From: an uncultured Chthonomonadaceae bacterium
GTDB taxonomy: Bacteria; Armatimonadota; Chthonomonadetes; Chthonomonadales; Chthonomonadaceae
Length of the DNA: 64,000 nucleotides
Assembly: GCA_963835065.1 (NCBI GenBank)
Contig: CAWIEK010000046.1
Location: forward strand, 1-64,000
Direction: 5' to 3'
Shown: positions 12,256 to 22,003 of the stretch, piece after piece
Numbering within the stretch: position 1 is the first letter of the stretch
Layout: every line of letters starts with the position of its first letter
Program-made: the position numbers and the translations under genes
The notes under the pieces: generated by a model
Databases searched by the model: none
Seen by the model: the letters and a program-made list of their open reading frames with translations, nothing else
What the model was told of the DNA's origin: nothing

Positions 12256-12885
12256 CTAAGATTGTACGGGGGTAGTTGTGGGCATGTGGTTTCGCGTCAG
12301 ATGCAGCAGAATGCCCAGTATTTTGTCCAGATGTTCAATATAGTAATCATGCGCGTCTATCCGCGCGGTTGTGCCTTCCAACTCCATAAACTTCCACTTT
12401 TCGCCGATGGTCACGACGCCGTACATTTTCTCGGTAGGGCTGCTTTCCTGCGCGTTGAAGCGCTGCGCGGCGATCATTTCGGCTATGCACTGAGCGTAGC
12501 CCTTCTTCATATCCTCATTTTTCGCTTCCACCATCATCAGAATCGGCGCGCGGACAAAAATCAATTCGGGCGAGCGCGTAATAATGTAATCGCAAAAACC
12601 GTTTAATCCCTGTCCCTCATCCACATCAAATTCAACGCCGGATAACACGCCTATTCTCTGGTCATTGAGCAGCCACAACTCCGCAAGAATAGGGGCAATC
12701 AGAAACTCGGAGCGGGCTTTCTCCGTGGAAACCCGCAGCGCCAGCGGTCTAATACGGGTAAGATGCGCGTGGAAGTCGGGACGCAAAGAAGCGGCAGGCA
12801 CATCGGGAAAGAGGTCTGTGTTTTCCTCTATCGTAAGGCTGAACTGCCGCGTCAGCGCCGGCAGCGTGAAATTCGCATAGGCCAT
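12256..12885 (-). CDS. PD-(D/E)XK nuclease-like protein (HsdR N-terminal-like, standalone)
   Basis: EKARSEFLIAPIL, NGFCDY, VEAK, AQCIAEMIAAQRFN and YGVVTIGEKWKF motifs. Confidence 0.7.
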   Translation of the reverse strand: MAYANFTLPALTRQFSLTIEENTDLFPDVPAASLRPDFHAHLTRIRPLALRVSTEKARSEFLIAPILAELWLLNDQRIGVLSGVEFDVDEGQGLNGFCDYIITRSPELIFVRAPILMMVEAKNEDMKKGYAQCIAEMIAAQRFNAQESSPTEKMYGVVTIGEKWKFMELEGTTARIDAHDYYIEHLDKILGILLHLTRNHMPTTTPVQS

Positions 12886-13265
12886 CGGAACGCCCTTCTT
12901 TCTCGAAACAACTTGCAACAGAATGTTGCGCATCAAACTTCGTATGAACATTCCTACGCTTCAGCCATGCGTTTTGATGGGTTGAACGCTGACAATGAAA
13001 GCGGCTGCCGGAACGCAGCGAAAATAATTTGGCTCGGATTTGCCGCAAAAGGAGGAATTTCGGCGGCAACATCGTACTTGCAAATAACGTATAATAAGGA
13101 ACGCCGCTTTTGCAAGGCGGTGGGGCGGCAACTCCTGTTTTGCCCGCCTTGGTTTCGATTTCTGACAGACAACAATCTGGCCTGCATGTTGTTCGCTCCA
13201 ACGGCTGAAATCGCCGCGAACAGCGCAAAACACGCGGGCGCGTTTTCAAAGGCTTGACCCTTCTT

Positions 13266-15581
13266 ATGAAAATCAAACGCTATTCGTTTTTGCCCCTTGT
13301 TCCTGTCGCCCTGACGCTTGGGCTGGTCGGCTGCAAGGCGCGCGGCCCGCAGGAAGTGGACGTGTCCCTGCCCAAAGCCGCCCTGCGCGACCCCAAACTG
13401 AGTACCGTGTCGCTGAACTTGCCGGAAAACTTTACGGCTCCTCCCTCCCTGCCCGGCGCAGGCGGCAAAATGACGGAGTCAGCGGATCAGCGCAAAACCG
13501 CTCTTGTCGCCGCCAATCTCATGACGCGCAGCCACTATCTGCACCATCCCTTGGACGCGGAACTGTCGGGCAAAATTTTCACGGAGTACATAGACTCGCT
13601 CGACCCGCGCCATCTGTATTTTCTCGCTTCCGACATGCAGGAGTTTGAGACGTACCGCAACAGTTTGGGTGATCAACTGATGAAGGGCGATGTGACGCCC
13701 GCGTACAAAATCTACGCCCGCCTGATGCAGCGCATTGACCAGCAGAACGCCTACGTCACGCAGCAGTTGAAAACCGAAAAGTTTAGCTTTGACAGCAACG
13801 ATACGTTCCCGCTGGATCGCAAAACTGCGCCGCATCCCGCCAACATAGAGGAAGCCAAGCAGCAGTGGAACGAGTTCCTGCGCTATGAATACCTGCAGGA
13901 AAAGCTGAACAAGCAGAAGCCTGAAGAGATCGTCAAGACGCTCACGCGCCGCTATGCCCGCCAATCCAAAACCCTGCGCGACTACGACAGCGACGATGTG
14001 TTTGAAATCTATCTGAACGCCCTTGCCCATGCCTGCGACCCACACTCCGACTACCTGGGCAAATCCGCGCTCGACAATTTCAACATTCAAATGAAGCTGT
14101 CCGTTATCGGCATCGGCGCGACACTATCGCCCGAAGACGGCTATGCCAAAATCGTGGAGTTGGCGGCGGGCGGGCCGGCGTTCAAAAGCGGCAAGCTGAA
14201 AGTCGGAGACCGCATCACGGCGGTTGCGCAGGACGGCAAGGAAGTCGTTGACACAGTGGATATGAAGCTGGATAAAGTAGTCAGCATGATTCGCGGGCCG
14301 AAAGGCACGAAAGTCCGCCTGACCTATATTCCCGCCGACGCGCCCGACCCGTCTACGCGCAAAACCATCGAACTGACCCGCGACGAGGTGAAACTGGACG
14401 AGCAGGAAGCCAAAGCCAAGATCATTGATACCAATGTCAACGGCAAAGCCGTGCGGCTTGGCGTGATTGACTTGCCCTCGTTCTATGCCGATTTCAGCGC
14501 CCGCAACACCAACGGCAAAAGCACGACCGCGGACGTGGCCCGCCTGCTCAAAAAACTGGAAGCGGAAAAAGTCAGCGGGATTATTCTCGACCTGCGCCGC
14601 AATCCTGGCGGTTCGCTGCAGGAAGTTATCAATCTAACCGGATTGTTTATCAAGCCCGGCCCGGTCGTGCAGGTGAAAGACTCGGATGGCGACATTCAGG
14701 TAGACAAGTCGGACGCGGGTTCCATCACTTACGACGGCCCGATGATCGTGCTGACCAGCAAACTCAGCGCGTCGGCTTCGGAAATCATGGCGGGAGCCTT
14801 GCAGGATTATGGCCGCGCCCTGATTGTGGGCGACAGTTCCACGTTCGGCAAGGGCACGGTACAAACGGTTGCCGGCTTGAGCGACATTATGAAGCGCAGC
14901 GGCATGAGTTTCAGCGCCGATCCGGGCGCGTTGAAGCTGACGATTCAGAAGTTCTACCGCGCCAGTGGCGCGTCCACGCAACTGAAAGGCGTCGTGCCGG
15001 ACATTGAACTGCCGTCCCTGACCAATTACATTGACTATGGCGAAAAGACGCTGGACAACCCGCTCAAATACGATGTTATCAAAGCGGCGACCTTCCAGCC
15101 GGAAGACCGCTTTACAGACATTCTGCCCGAACTGAAAAAGCGCTCCAGCGCTCGCATTGCCACAGACAAGGATTTCCTGTATTTGAGCGAGGAGATAGAC
15201 CAGTTCAAAAAGCTGATGAAGGAAAAAACCGTCAGCCTGAACGAAGCGGTCCGCTTGAAGGAAAAGCAGGAAGCCGAAGAGCGCGTGAAAGCGCGGCGCA
15301 AGGAACTGTTGGTCCGTCCCGCGTCCAAAGACAAGGTGTACCTGGTCACGCTGGAAAATCTGAGCAAGCCGACCCTGACGCTTGCGCCGCCGCCCAAGTC
15401 TGCCGACAAAACGGCCAAGCCCAACAGCCAGAACCCCATTCCTACCGATGACGCGGCAGGCAATGACGCAACCGCGCCCGCCGTAGACACCACGCTGACC
15501 GAAAGCGAGCGTATTCTGGAAGATATTCTGGAACTGTCCGCCGGTAAAGCCGGGAAAACAGTCGCAAGGTCGGGACAGTAG
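13266..15581 (+). CDS. prc: Carboxy-terminal processing protease (tail-specific protease), lipoprotein
   Basis: Lipobox LVGC, DPHSDY, a PDZ domain (GIGA), DLRRNPGGSL, SASASEI, TFGKGTVQ and STQLKGVVPDI. Confidence 0.9.
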   Translation: MKIKRYSFLPLVPVALTLGLVGCKARGPQEVDVSLPKAALRDPKLSTVSLNLPENFTAPPSLPGAGGKMTESADQRKTALVAANLMTRSHYLHHPLDAELSGKIFTEYIDSLDPRHLYFLASDMQEFETYRNSLGDQLMKGDVTPAYKIYARLMQRIDQQNAYVTQQLKTEKFSFDSNDTFPLDRKTAPHPANIEEAKQQWNEFLRYEYLQEKLNKQKPEEIVKTLTRRYARQSKTLRDYDSDDVFEIYLNALAHACDPHSDYLGKSALDNFNIQMKLSVIGIGATLSPEDGYAKIVELAAGGPAFKSGKLKVGDRITAVAQDGKEVVDTVDMKLDKVVSMIRGPKGTKVRLTYIPADAPDPSTRKTIELTRDEVKLDEQEAKAKIIDTNVNGKAVRLGVIDLPSFYADFSARNTNGKSTTADVARLLKKLEAEKVSGIILDLRRNPGGSLQEVINLTGLFIKPGPVVQVKDSDGDIQVDKSDAGSITYDGPMIVLTSKLSASASEIMAGALQDYGRALIVGDSSTFGKGTVQTVAGLSDIMKRSGMSFSADPGALKLTIQKFYRASGASTQLKGVVPDIELPSLTNYIDYGEKTLDNPLKYDVIKAATFQPEDRFTDILPELKKRSSARIATDKDFLYLSEEIDQFKKLMKEKTVSLNEAVRLKEKQEAEERVKARRKELLVRPASKDKVYLVTLENLSKPTLTLAPPPKSADKTAKPNSQNPIPTDDAAGNDATAPAVDTTLTESERILEDILELSAGKAGKTVARSGQ

Positions 15582-15708
15582 GGGCGTTGGTGACTGGTGA
15601 CTGGTTCTTATCCAGTTCTGTATGCCCCTTCCGTATTGATGCCGGGAGGGGCTTTGTTTTTTAGATGCAATACCTTTCAAGTAAGGCGGTTGCCATAAAA
15701 CCATGTTC

Positions 15709-15814
15709 GTAGGGACACAACATGTTGTGTCCTCTTCCGATAAAAGCTGTCCTCTCCGGTAGAAAATCTGTTCCCACCAACAAAGAGCGCGGACACAACA
15801 TGTTGTGTCCCTAC
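15709..15814. repeat. GTAG-type REP doublet (REPIN-like)
   Basis: GTAGGGACACAACATGTTGTGTCC and its inverted copy GGACACAACATGTTGTGTCCCTAC; each unit is itself palindromic. Confidence 0.8.
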
Positions 15815-15894
15815 GCATGTTTATTTGTATGATGTTAGTTGTAAGTTGGTGCGCTCATCAAGCGAACTCTGCTCCTGAAATTAACGTGACGACG

Positions 15895-17214
15895 ATGTTG
15901 CTAAACCGCCGAACCCTCCTTTCTGCTTGCAGCGGCCTTGCCGCTTCCGCTCTGCTGCCGGGCTGTGGGCGCAGGGGCGGGAGTGCGCCGGTCACGGTGC
16001 GGTTTTGGAACGGGTTCACGGGGCCGGACGGCAGAACCATGCTGCGGATGGTAAAGCGGTTCAACGAAGCAAACCCGGATGTCAATGTGCTGATGCAGCG
16101 CGCGGATTGGGCGACGCTGTACAACAAGCTGTTCGTGGCCGGGTTGGGAGGCCGCGCGCCGGAACTGTTTGTCGTGCATACCAGCGCCCTTGTGCGTTTC
16201 GCGCAGGCAAAGTTCGTCGCGCCGATAGATGATCTGGTTGGCGGGGCGAACGGCCTGGATGTAAACGATATAGACGCGAATGTATGGCAGGGCGCGTCCG
16301 TAGATGGCAGGCATTACGCGCTTCCTCTGGACGTGCATCTGTTGGGCATGTACTACAATCGGCGCATGTTCCGCGAGGCCGGGGTTGTGGACGCCAAAGG
16401 GGAACCACGCCCGCCGACAAACCACGACGAATTTCTGGACGCCTGCGCCCGCCTGACTCGCCGCGCGCCGAATGGTTCCAATAGTGGTTCCCCCAACGTG
16501 GAGCAGTGGGGCTTTGTCTTCACCAATCTTGACAGCAATCTGTACACCCTGATGCGACAATGGGACGGGCCATTTTTCACGCCGGATGAATCGCGCTGCC
16601 TGCTCGATGATAAGCGCAATGTGGACGCGCTTGCTTTTGGCGTGGATTTGATCCGCAATCGCCGCGTCGCCCCGCCGCCCGAAAACTTTGATTCGTGGGT
16701 TGGCTTCCGGCAGGGCAAAGTGGGCATGGCGTTTGAAGGCATTTACATGCTTGCCGATCTGGAAAAGCAGACCGACCTTGAATTCGGCGGCGCTCCCATA
16801 CCGCAACTGGGCACGAACAAAATGGTATGGGCGAATTCGCACAACCTGTGTATGCGCGCGGGCTTGAACGACGCGCAGCGGCAGGCGACGTGGCGGTTTA
16901 TGCGCTTTTTGTCCGACAACAGTTTGGATTGGGCGGCGGGCGGGCAGGTTCCGGTTCGCAAAAGTCTCCGCGCCACGCCCCGTTTCGCGTCCATGCCCGT
17001 GCAGTCCGCATTTGCCACCCAAATCCCCATCGTCAACTACCTGCCGCGCCTGCCCTTTATCTTCGAGTTCCAGACTGAGTACGACACCGCGATGGAAAGC
17101 GCCCTGCGCGGCAGCGTTTCGCCCCAAGCCGCCCTGCAAACCGCCGCTTCCAATATCAACGCCATCATTACGCGGCGGCAACAGGCGTTGCGCGAGGGGA
17201 GAGGGCGGGCATGA
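15895..17214 (+). CDS. Carbohydrate ABC transporter substrate-binding lipoprotein
   Basis: Tat-like RRTLL plus lipobox LPGC; FWNGFTGPDG, YALPLD and MYYN motifs. Confidence 0.85.
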   Translation: MLLNRRTLLSACSGLAASALLPGCGRRGGSAPVTVRFWNGFTGPDGRTMLRMVKRFNEANPDVNVLMQRADWATLYNKLFVAGLGGRAPELFVVHTSALVRFAQAKFVAPIDDLVGGANGLDVNDIDANVWQGASVDGRHYALPLDVHLLGMYYNRRMFREAGVVDAKGEPRPPTNHDEFLDACARLTRRAPNGSNSGSPNVEQWGFVFTNLDSNLYTLMRQWDGPFFTPDESRCLLDDKRNVDALAFGVDLIRNRRVAPPPENFDSWVGFRQGKVGMAFEGIYMLADLEKQTDLEFGGAPIPQLGTNKMVWANSHNLCMRAGLNDAQRQATWRFMRFLSDNSLDWAAGGQVPVRKSLRATPRFASMPVQSAFATQIPIVNYLPRLPFIFEFQTEYDTAMESALRGSVSPQAALQTAASNINAIITRRQQALREGRGRA

Positions 17215-18146
17215 GAGACAAGGAGACAAGGAGACAAGGAGACAAGGAGACAGGTGCAGTTGCTATCAACTATCAGCTATCAACTATCAACCGCTTTTCC
17301 GGCTACGCCTTCGTCCTGCCCTATCTAATGCTGTTTGGCGGGTTTTTGCTGCTGCCGCTGTTGTATGGGCTGGCATTGAGTTTTTGCCGGTGGGAATTGC
17401 TGTCGCCCGCGCCGCCGCGCTTTATCGGGGTGGGAAATTATCAGGAAGCCCTGAGCAGTCCCTACTTTTGGAAGGCGTTGGGCGCGACGATTCGGTTTGT
17501 GGTGATGGCGGTTCCCCTTACGGTCACATCCGCGCTGCTGATTGCGGTTGGGATACAGGCGGTTCCGCGCCAACGGCAGGCGTTGTACCGCGCCCTGTAC
17601 TATCTGCCCGTGATGATTACCATCAGCGTGACCGGGCTGTTGTGGCGGTGGTTCTACAATGGCGAGTTCGGATTGTTTAACGCATTGCTGGCTCCGCTCG
17701 GCGTGAAAGCGCCCTGGATTACCAGTCAGGCATGGGCGATGAAGTCCATCGTGCTGATGACATTGTGGTGGACAGTGGGCGGGCCGATGGTGGTTTTGCT
17801 GGCCGGCTTGGAAAACATTCCCGACCAGTACCGCGAAGCGGCGGAATTGGACGGCGCGACCAACTGGCAGCGATTTCGCTTTGTCACGCTTCCCCTGTTA
17901 CGCCCGATTCTGCTGTTTGTCCTGACCATGAATTTAATCGGCGCGTTTCAGGTGTTCGGGCAAACGTTTATGATTACGCGGGGCGGCCCGGAGCAGTCCA
18001 CGCGCGTTCTGGTGCAGTACCTCTACGAAACCGCCTTCAACAACTACCGCATGGGCTACGCGGCGGCGATGAGCTGGCTGCTGTTCGTGTTCATCCTGGG
18101 CATTTCTCTCGGCCAACTCCGCCTGATGCGCGAACGAACGGTATAG
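17211..18146 (+). CDS. Carbohydrate ABC transporter permease
   Basis: EAA loop YREAAELDGATNWQRFRFVTLPLL; TRGGP; GYAAA. Confidence 0.9.
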   Translation: MRDKETRRQGDKETGAVAINYQLSTINRFSGYAFVLPYLMLFGGFLLLPLLYGLALSFCRWELLSPAPPRFIGVGNYQEALSSPYFWKALGATIRFVVMAVPLTVTSALLIAVGIQAVPRQRQALYRALYYLPVMITISVTGLLWRWFYNGEFGLFNALLAPLGVKAPWITSQAWAMKSIVLMTLWWTVGGPMVVLLAGLENIPDQYREAAELDGATNWQRFRFVTLPLLRPILLFVLTMNLIGAFQVFGQTFMITRGGPEQSTRVLVQYLYETAFNNYRMGYAAAMSWLLFVFILGISLGQLRLMRERTV

Positions 18147-18179
18147 TCCCGTCTTTCTTTGAAAATCTCAACCCGGAAC

Positions 18180-18228
18180 TTGACAAGAAGATTAAATCGC
18201 GGTATTATATCGTTAATTCCCGATATAA
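18180..18228 (+). promoter_or_regulatory. sigma70 promoter with palindromic ArsR-type operator
   Basis: TTGACA-17 nt-TATTAT; TTATATCG-N8-CGATATAA perfect inverted repeat at 18205-18228. Confidence 0.75.
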
Positions 18229-18232
18229 GGAT

Positions 18233-18679
18233 ATGAAAGTGAACGATCTTGTTCTGCTTGGCAAGGCATTGGCTGATCCCACGCGCATCCGTATTCTGGC
18301 GCTGCTGCGTCCTGCCGAATTGTGCGTTTGCGAGATTGCCGACGCGCTGGAAATGAGCCAGTCTACGCTTTCCACGCATCTGCAAACCATCCGGCAGGCG
18401 GGGCTTGTTTCCACGCGCAAGAACGCGAAGTGGAGCTATTACGGTCTTGAACCCGCCGCGCGTCCTATGCTGGAGGCGCTGTTCGCCCATTATGAGAACG
18501 CTCTGGAAACCGACCAGCGCCTGAAACGGGATCGTCAGCGCGTGGAACAGCGTCTGCAATTGCGCGTGAATGGCTGCTGCGTTATCGGCATCGCGTCTTT
18601 AGAAAATCGCACGGTAAGGGACATTTCTGACGGTAGTTCTGCCAGTCCTGTCGCGGATGCTTCTGCGCGCTGTTGTTGA
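18233..18679 (+). CDS. ArsR/SmtB family metalloregulator
   Basis: KALADPTRIRIL, ELCVCEI and SQSTLSTHL motifs, plus two extra CC pairs in the C-terminus. Confidence 0.9.
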   Translation: MKVNDLVLLGKALADPTRIRILALLRPAELCVCEIADALEMSQSTLSTHLQTIRQAGLVSTRKNAKWSYYGLEPAARPMLEALFAHYENALETDQRLKRDRQRVEQRLQLRVNGCCVIGIASLENRTVRDISDGSSASPVADASARCC

Positions 18680-18708
18680 GGATTTCAAACGAAAGGAGGT
18701 GAAGTGTC

Positions 18709-18822
18709 ATGACACATATCGAACTCACGCCCGTCTCAGAGATTACGGAAACGGAAAGCGACTGCTGCCCGCTCGGTTGCGAACCCGGCTGTACCTGCGG
18801 CCGCTGCCCGTGCTGCGAGTAG
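18709..18822 (+). CDS. 37 aa Cys-rich metallothionein-like peptide (not in ORF track)
   Basis: AAAGGAGGTG RBS, then MTHIELTPVSEITETESDCCPLGCEPGCTCGRCPCCE*, with 8 Cys in the last 19 aa. Confidence 0.7.
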   Translation: MTHIELTPVSEITETESDCCPLGCEPGCTCGRCPCCE

Positions 18823-18825
18823 TAC

Positions 18826-18929
18826 CTCACCCCAACCCCTCTCCTGGACGCTCGTTCCTCGCTAGGAGAGGGGCTATTTTGTTGCAATCCTCTCCCGTTT
18901 GCTCGTTCCTCGCCAGGAGAGGGGAGACT
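18826..18929. repeat. CCTCTCC...GGAGAGG palindromic repeat family, two tandem units; relatives at ~24065-24099, 40249-40319 and 53605-53649
   Basis: CCCCTCTCCTGG...CTAGGAGAGGGG stems with a shared GCTCGTTCCTCGC core. Confidence 0.65.
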
Positions 18930-18952
18930 ATTTACTGTTTGCTTGGCAGGGG

Positions 18953-21900
18953 CTAGGGAATCTGATTTACCGGTTCGCGTAAGCACAAGATTAACCGCAA
19001 CGTTTCCAAACTTACCGTAATAACCCTGCCGACGAGTCGAACGATGTACTGCGGATCATCGGCGCGGTTTGGATCATTGACAATTCCGCTTCGCCTGTCT
19101 GTCGTGGTTTGGTACTGGTCTAAAACCCATTCCAATGCGGAACGACTGCCCAACCGGTAGTCAAAGCAGGCTTCAGGGATGCCTGCCAGCGTCAGCGCCT
19201 CATTAACGACAATCTGCGTTCGGTCACGGCTCAATCTCATGCGCTCTACCTGGTATGATTCCGGCACGTCACGATTTTCAAGCCAATCCAGCCGATGCTC
19301 CGGCGCGGTTTCGTAATTCAAATGTAGGCGCATCAGTTCCGCTCCAATCTTTGCGTAGTGAAAGAATGGGGCGGTAAAGATTTCGCTGTCAACCGGGATG
19401 TGCGGCAGGTCGCGCTTCAAATTTTCCGCATACCGCGCCTTGTAGTCGGCATCGTGCAGCAAAGCATAAATGTAATGGAAAATGTCCCATTTCGTCACGC
19501 CTGCGCCATGCGCAGACTGAAACTGCTGCAGCGCCCAATCCGTGATATTTTCCTGCCGGTTGGAGCCATCTTCGGCGTAAACATAAAACGGGAAACACTG
19601 CGCTCCTGCCCCGGCTCCGGTCAAGTGTAAGTCCGTGATGAAGTTCGTTGCAAGCGCCATAAACGGTTTTTCGGAGCCGATAGCCGTTGTACAGATAATG
19701 ACATTTTCTTGTTCGGCTTCAGGCGTGGGAAAGTATCGCGGTGTTTTACCTTGTTCGTCAACGATTGTATCCGCAAAATAGATTAACTGCTTGACAAACG
19801 GACGGTACAAACTCTGGCGTATATTATTTTCATCGAATGTCACAAAACGTTCGTTTTGCAGATCGCGTTTAAGGTTGCGGCTCCATTTCACCCGCGCATA
19901 GTTGACGAAGCTATCTACGTTTTTCGGGCGTCCGGCGCGTGTCCATCGGCTGATTTCCGCGTTGTAATCCTCAATGAACTGCTGTACGCGAGGAATCAGC
20001 GCTTCGCGCTTGAAGTCGTAGACAATACTATCACGGTTGGTGGAAACGCCGAGCGAGTACGTTTTGAAAACAACCTCCGTCTCCACATTCGCCGCTTTGC
20101 CCTCCTTTGTGCCAAGCGGCGGGAACGCCTCGAATTCCGCTTCCAAGCCTTCCGTCAGCCACGTTTGCCTGTTATCCGGCGTGAGTTCGCGCCACGGAAT
20201 ATTGGCGATACTTTCCCATGCCTGCAATTGCGCAAGCCTGTCTTTTATTCGCGCGTTCGTGGGCTGCGCGTGATAGTGTAGGCGGGTTATGGCTCCCTCT
20301 GCTTTTCGTCGTATCAAAAACGTGATACCTACTCCAACCTGAATCCCGAATACGTTATGCGTCGTGCCGGAGAGTTTGGGATTCTTGCGCACGTTGCCGC
20401 CCATATCCAGATGGTAGATAGTCGTAAACTCGTCCGTCAGATGCTTTCTCATGCCGTCAAAAGCGATTTGATCTATGAAGGAGTTGTTGCTGACGAACGC
20501 AATAATTCCATCTCGGCCTTCCAATCTATCTGTCGCCCATCGGAAGAATCGGACGTAAGCATCATAAACTTTTGTATTGAGCGTGGCCTTAGAAGCGCGG
20601 GCATAGGTGTCTCGGATGCGCTTGTCTAATGTGGTGTAACGCCGATTTTTGTTATTGTCGTTTTCGTTTTGCTGCCCCACGTTGTAGGGCGGGTTGCCGA
20701 TGATTACGGTAATGGGCGCGGACTGTTCGCGTTCCACGCGCTCAAGGTTCGCCTCCTCAAACATGGTAATCTGCGTATCCTTCGCCAGCGCCAGCGTATC
20801 CGTAAAGCAAAGCCCCTCGAACGCTTTATACTCGCCCGTTTGAACGTAGTATTCATGTTCAATGTTCAGGCTGGCAATGTAATAAGGCAGCAACATAATC
20901 TCGTTGGCAAACAGATCGGCCTTGAACTTGTCGCGTAAATCACGCCGCGCAATCTGATGCTTGATCAGATGCACGAGAAAGTTGCCCGTCCCCACGCACG
21001 GGTCAAGGATCGTCACGCCGGGTTCAGATAGGGACGAGGCGAACTCCGTTTTCAGAAGATGTTCCACGCTCGCGCACATAAACGCGACGATTTCCTGCGG
21101 CGTGTAAACAATGCCGTGCGTGTCCGCCTGATTTTTTGAAAAGCCTTGAAAGAATCGTCCGTAAACCAGATTAAGAAAGTGCTGCTTCTCGTTCCACTCG
21201 GTAATGTTGCGCCCTTTGGTTTCGATAGCATCATAGAAGCGATCCAGAGAGCGCAGAAAGTCAGCGCGGTTGAAAGCGCGGCTTGTCAGCGCGTCAATGA
21301 CATTCTCTATTTCATGCGCAATGACATTACGGCGCGTAAAGTCGGGGTTTTCAAAGACGGTGCGGAACAGGCGCTCTGTCAGCAAGTGCTGTACCAGCAT
21401 CTCTTCTATAGCTGAGGAAGTGAGGGAAGGATCAAGAGTGTTTCGGCATAACTCATAAAATTGCGCGAACGCCTTTTGGAAATCGGAGTTTTGGTCCCGC
21501 TCCGTTTCAATGCGCTGCATTAAGCCCTGCGCAAGTTCCGGCAGACGGGCAGAAAATTCTCCTACGGCGCTGTAAAAGTCTTTGGTATCCGGCGCGGCGT
21601 AATTAATGAACTGCCGTACCATGTCCTGCAACTCGCGGCGGCTCGTTAGATCGTAATCAAAACGGTTGTTGCGCCCCTGAAAGAGAATGGCGCGGCGCGT
21701 GTCCTCAAACAGCATATTATCAAGCGGATAGCCGATGTTTATCTTATTGCGTATTTCCGCTTCGAGATCATCTTTGGTATCCTTCGCCTCCCAATAGCCA
21801 CGCGCCAGATTGAAGCCATCCCGAAATGTGCCATCGGGTCGTTTGCCATTGGACAAAGATTGTTCGGGAACAAGCGTCCAGCCGACTTCACGCCCCGCTT

Positions 21901-22003
21901 CGCTCAAGAGGTTTTGCATAGCGGTGCGAAGCGCGGTTTCGTGCGTCACATCAAGCCCGCCATACCGCTGCAAAGCCTCATAATACGCATCAATTGTTGT
22001 CAT
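18953..22003 (-). CDS. Single-chain R-M enzyme: N-terminal nuclease, N6-MTase and Type ISP-like specificity domain, no helicase
   Basis: PDGT...WEAK nuclease motif, GIVYTPQEIV, LDPCVGTGNF, IIGNPPY, YRPF and LKRDLPHIP. Confidence 0.85.
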   Translation of the reverse strand: MTTIDAYYEALQRYGGLDVTHETALRTAMQNLLSEAGREVGWTLVPEQSLSNGKRPDGTFRDGFNLARGYWEAKDTKDDLEAEIRNKINIGYPLDNMLFEDTRRAILFQGRNNRFDYDLTSRRELQDMVRQFINYAAPDTKDFYSAVGEFSARLPELAQGLMQRIETERDQNSDFQKAFAQFYELCRNTLDPSLTSSAIEEMLVQHLLTERLFRTVFENPDFTRRNVIAHEIENVIDALTSRAFNRADFLRSLDRFYDAIETKGRNITEWNEKQHFLNLVYGRFFQGFSKNQADTHGIVYTPQEIVAFMCASVEHLLKTEFASSLSEPGVTILDPCVGTGNFLVHLIKHQIARRDLRDKFKADLFANEIMLLPYYIASLNIEHEYYVQTGEYKAFEGLCFTDTLALAKDTQITMFEEANLERVEREQSAPITVIIGNPPYNVGQQNENDNNKNRRYTTLDKRIRDTYARASKATLNTKVYDAYVRFFRWATDRLEGRDGIIAFVSNNSFIDQIAFDGMRKHLTDEFTTIYHLDMGGNVRKNPKLSGTTHNVFGIQVGVGITFLIRRKAEGAITRLHYHAQPTNARIKDRLAQLQAWESIANIPWRELTPDNRQTWLTEGLEAEFEAFPPLGTKEGKAANVETEVVFKTYSLGVSTNRDSIVYDFKREALIPRVQQFIEDYNAEISRWTRAGRPKNVDSFVNYARVKWSRNLKRDLQNERFVTFDENNIRQSLYRPFVKQLIYFADTIVDEQGKTPRYFPTPEAEQENVIICTTAIGSEKPFMALATNFITDLHLTGAGAGAQCFPFYVYAEDGSNRQENITDWALQQFQSAHGAGVTKWDIFHYIYALLHDADYKARYAENLKRDLPHIPVDSEIFTAPFFHYAKIGAELMRLHLNYETAPEHRLDWLENRDVPESYQVERMRLSRDRTQIVVNEALTLAGIPEACFDYRLGSRSALEWVLDQYQTTTDRRSGIVNDPNRADDPQYIVRLVGRVITVSLETLRLILCLREPVNQIP

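Noticed and set aside
17732..18232. N-terminal extension of ArsR in the 315 aa ORF
   Set aside because: It overlaps the permease in another frame, and the promoter, operator and RBS point to the ATG at 18233.
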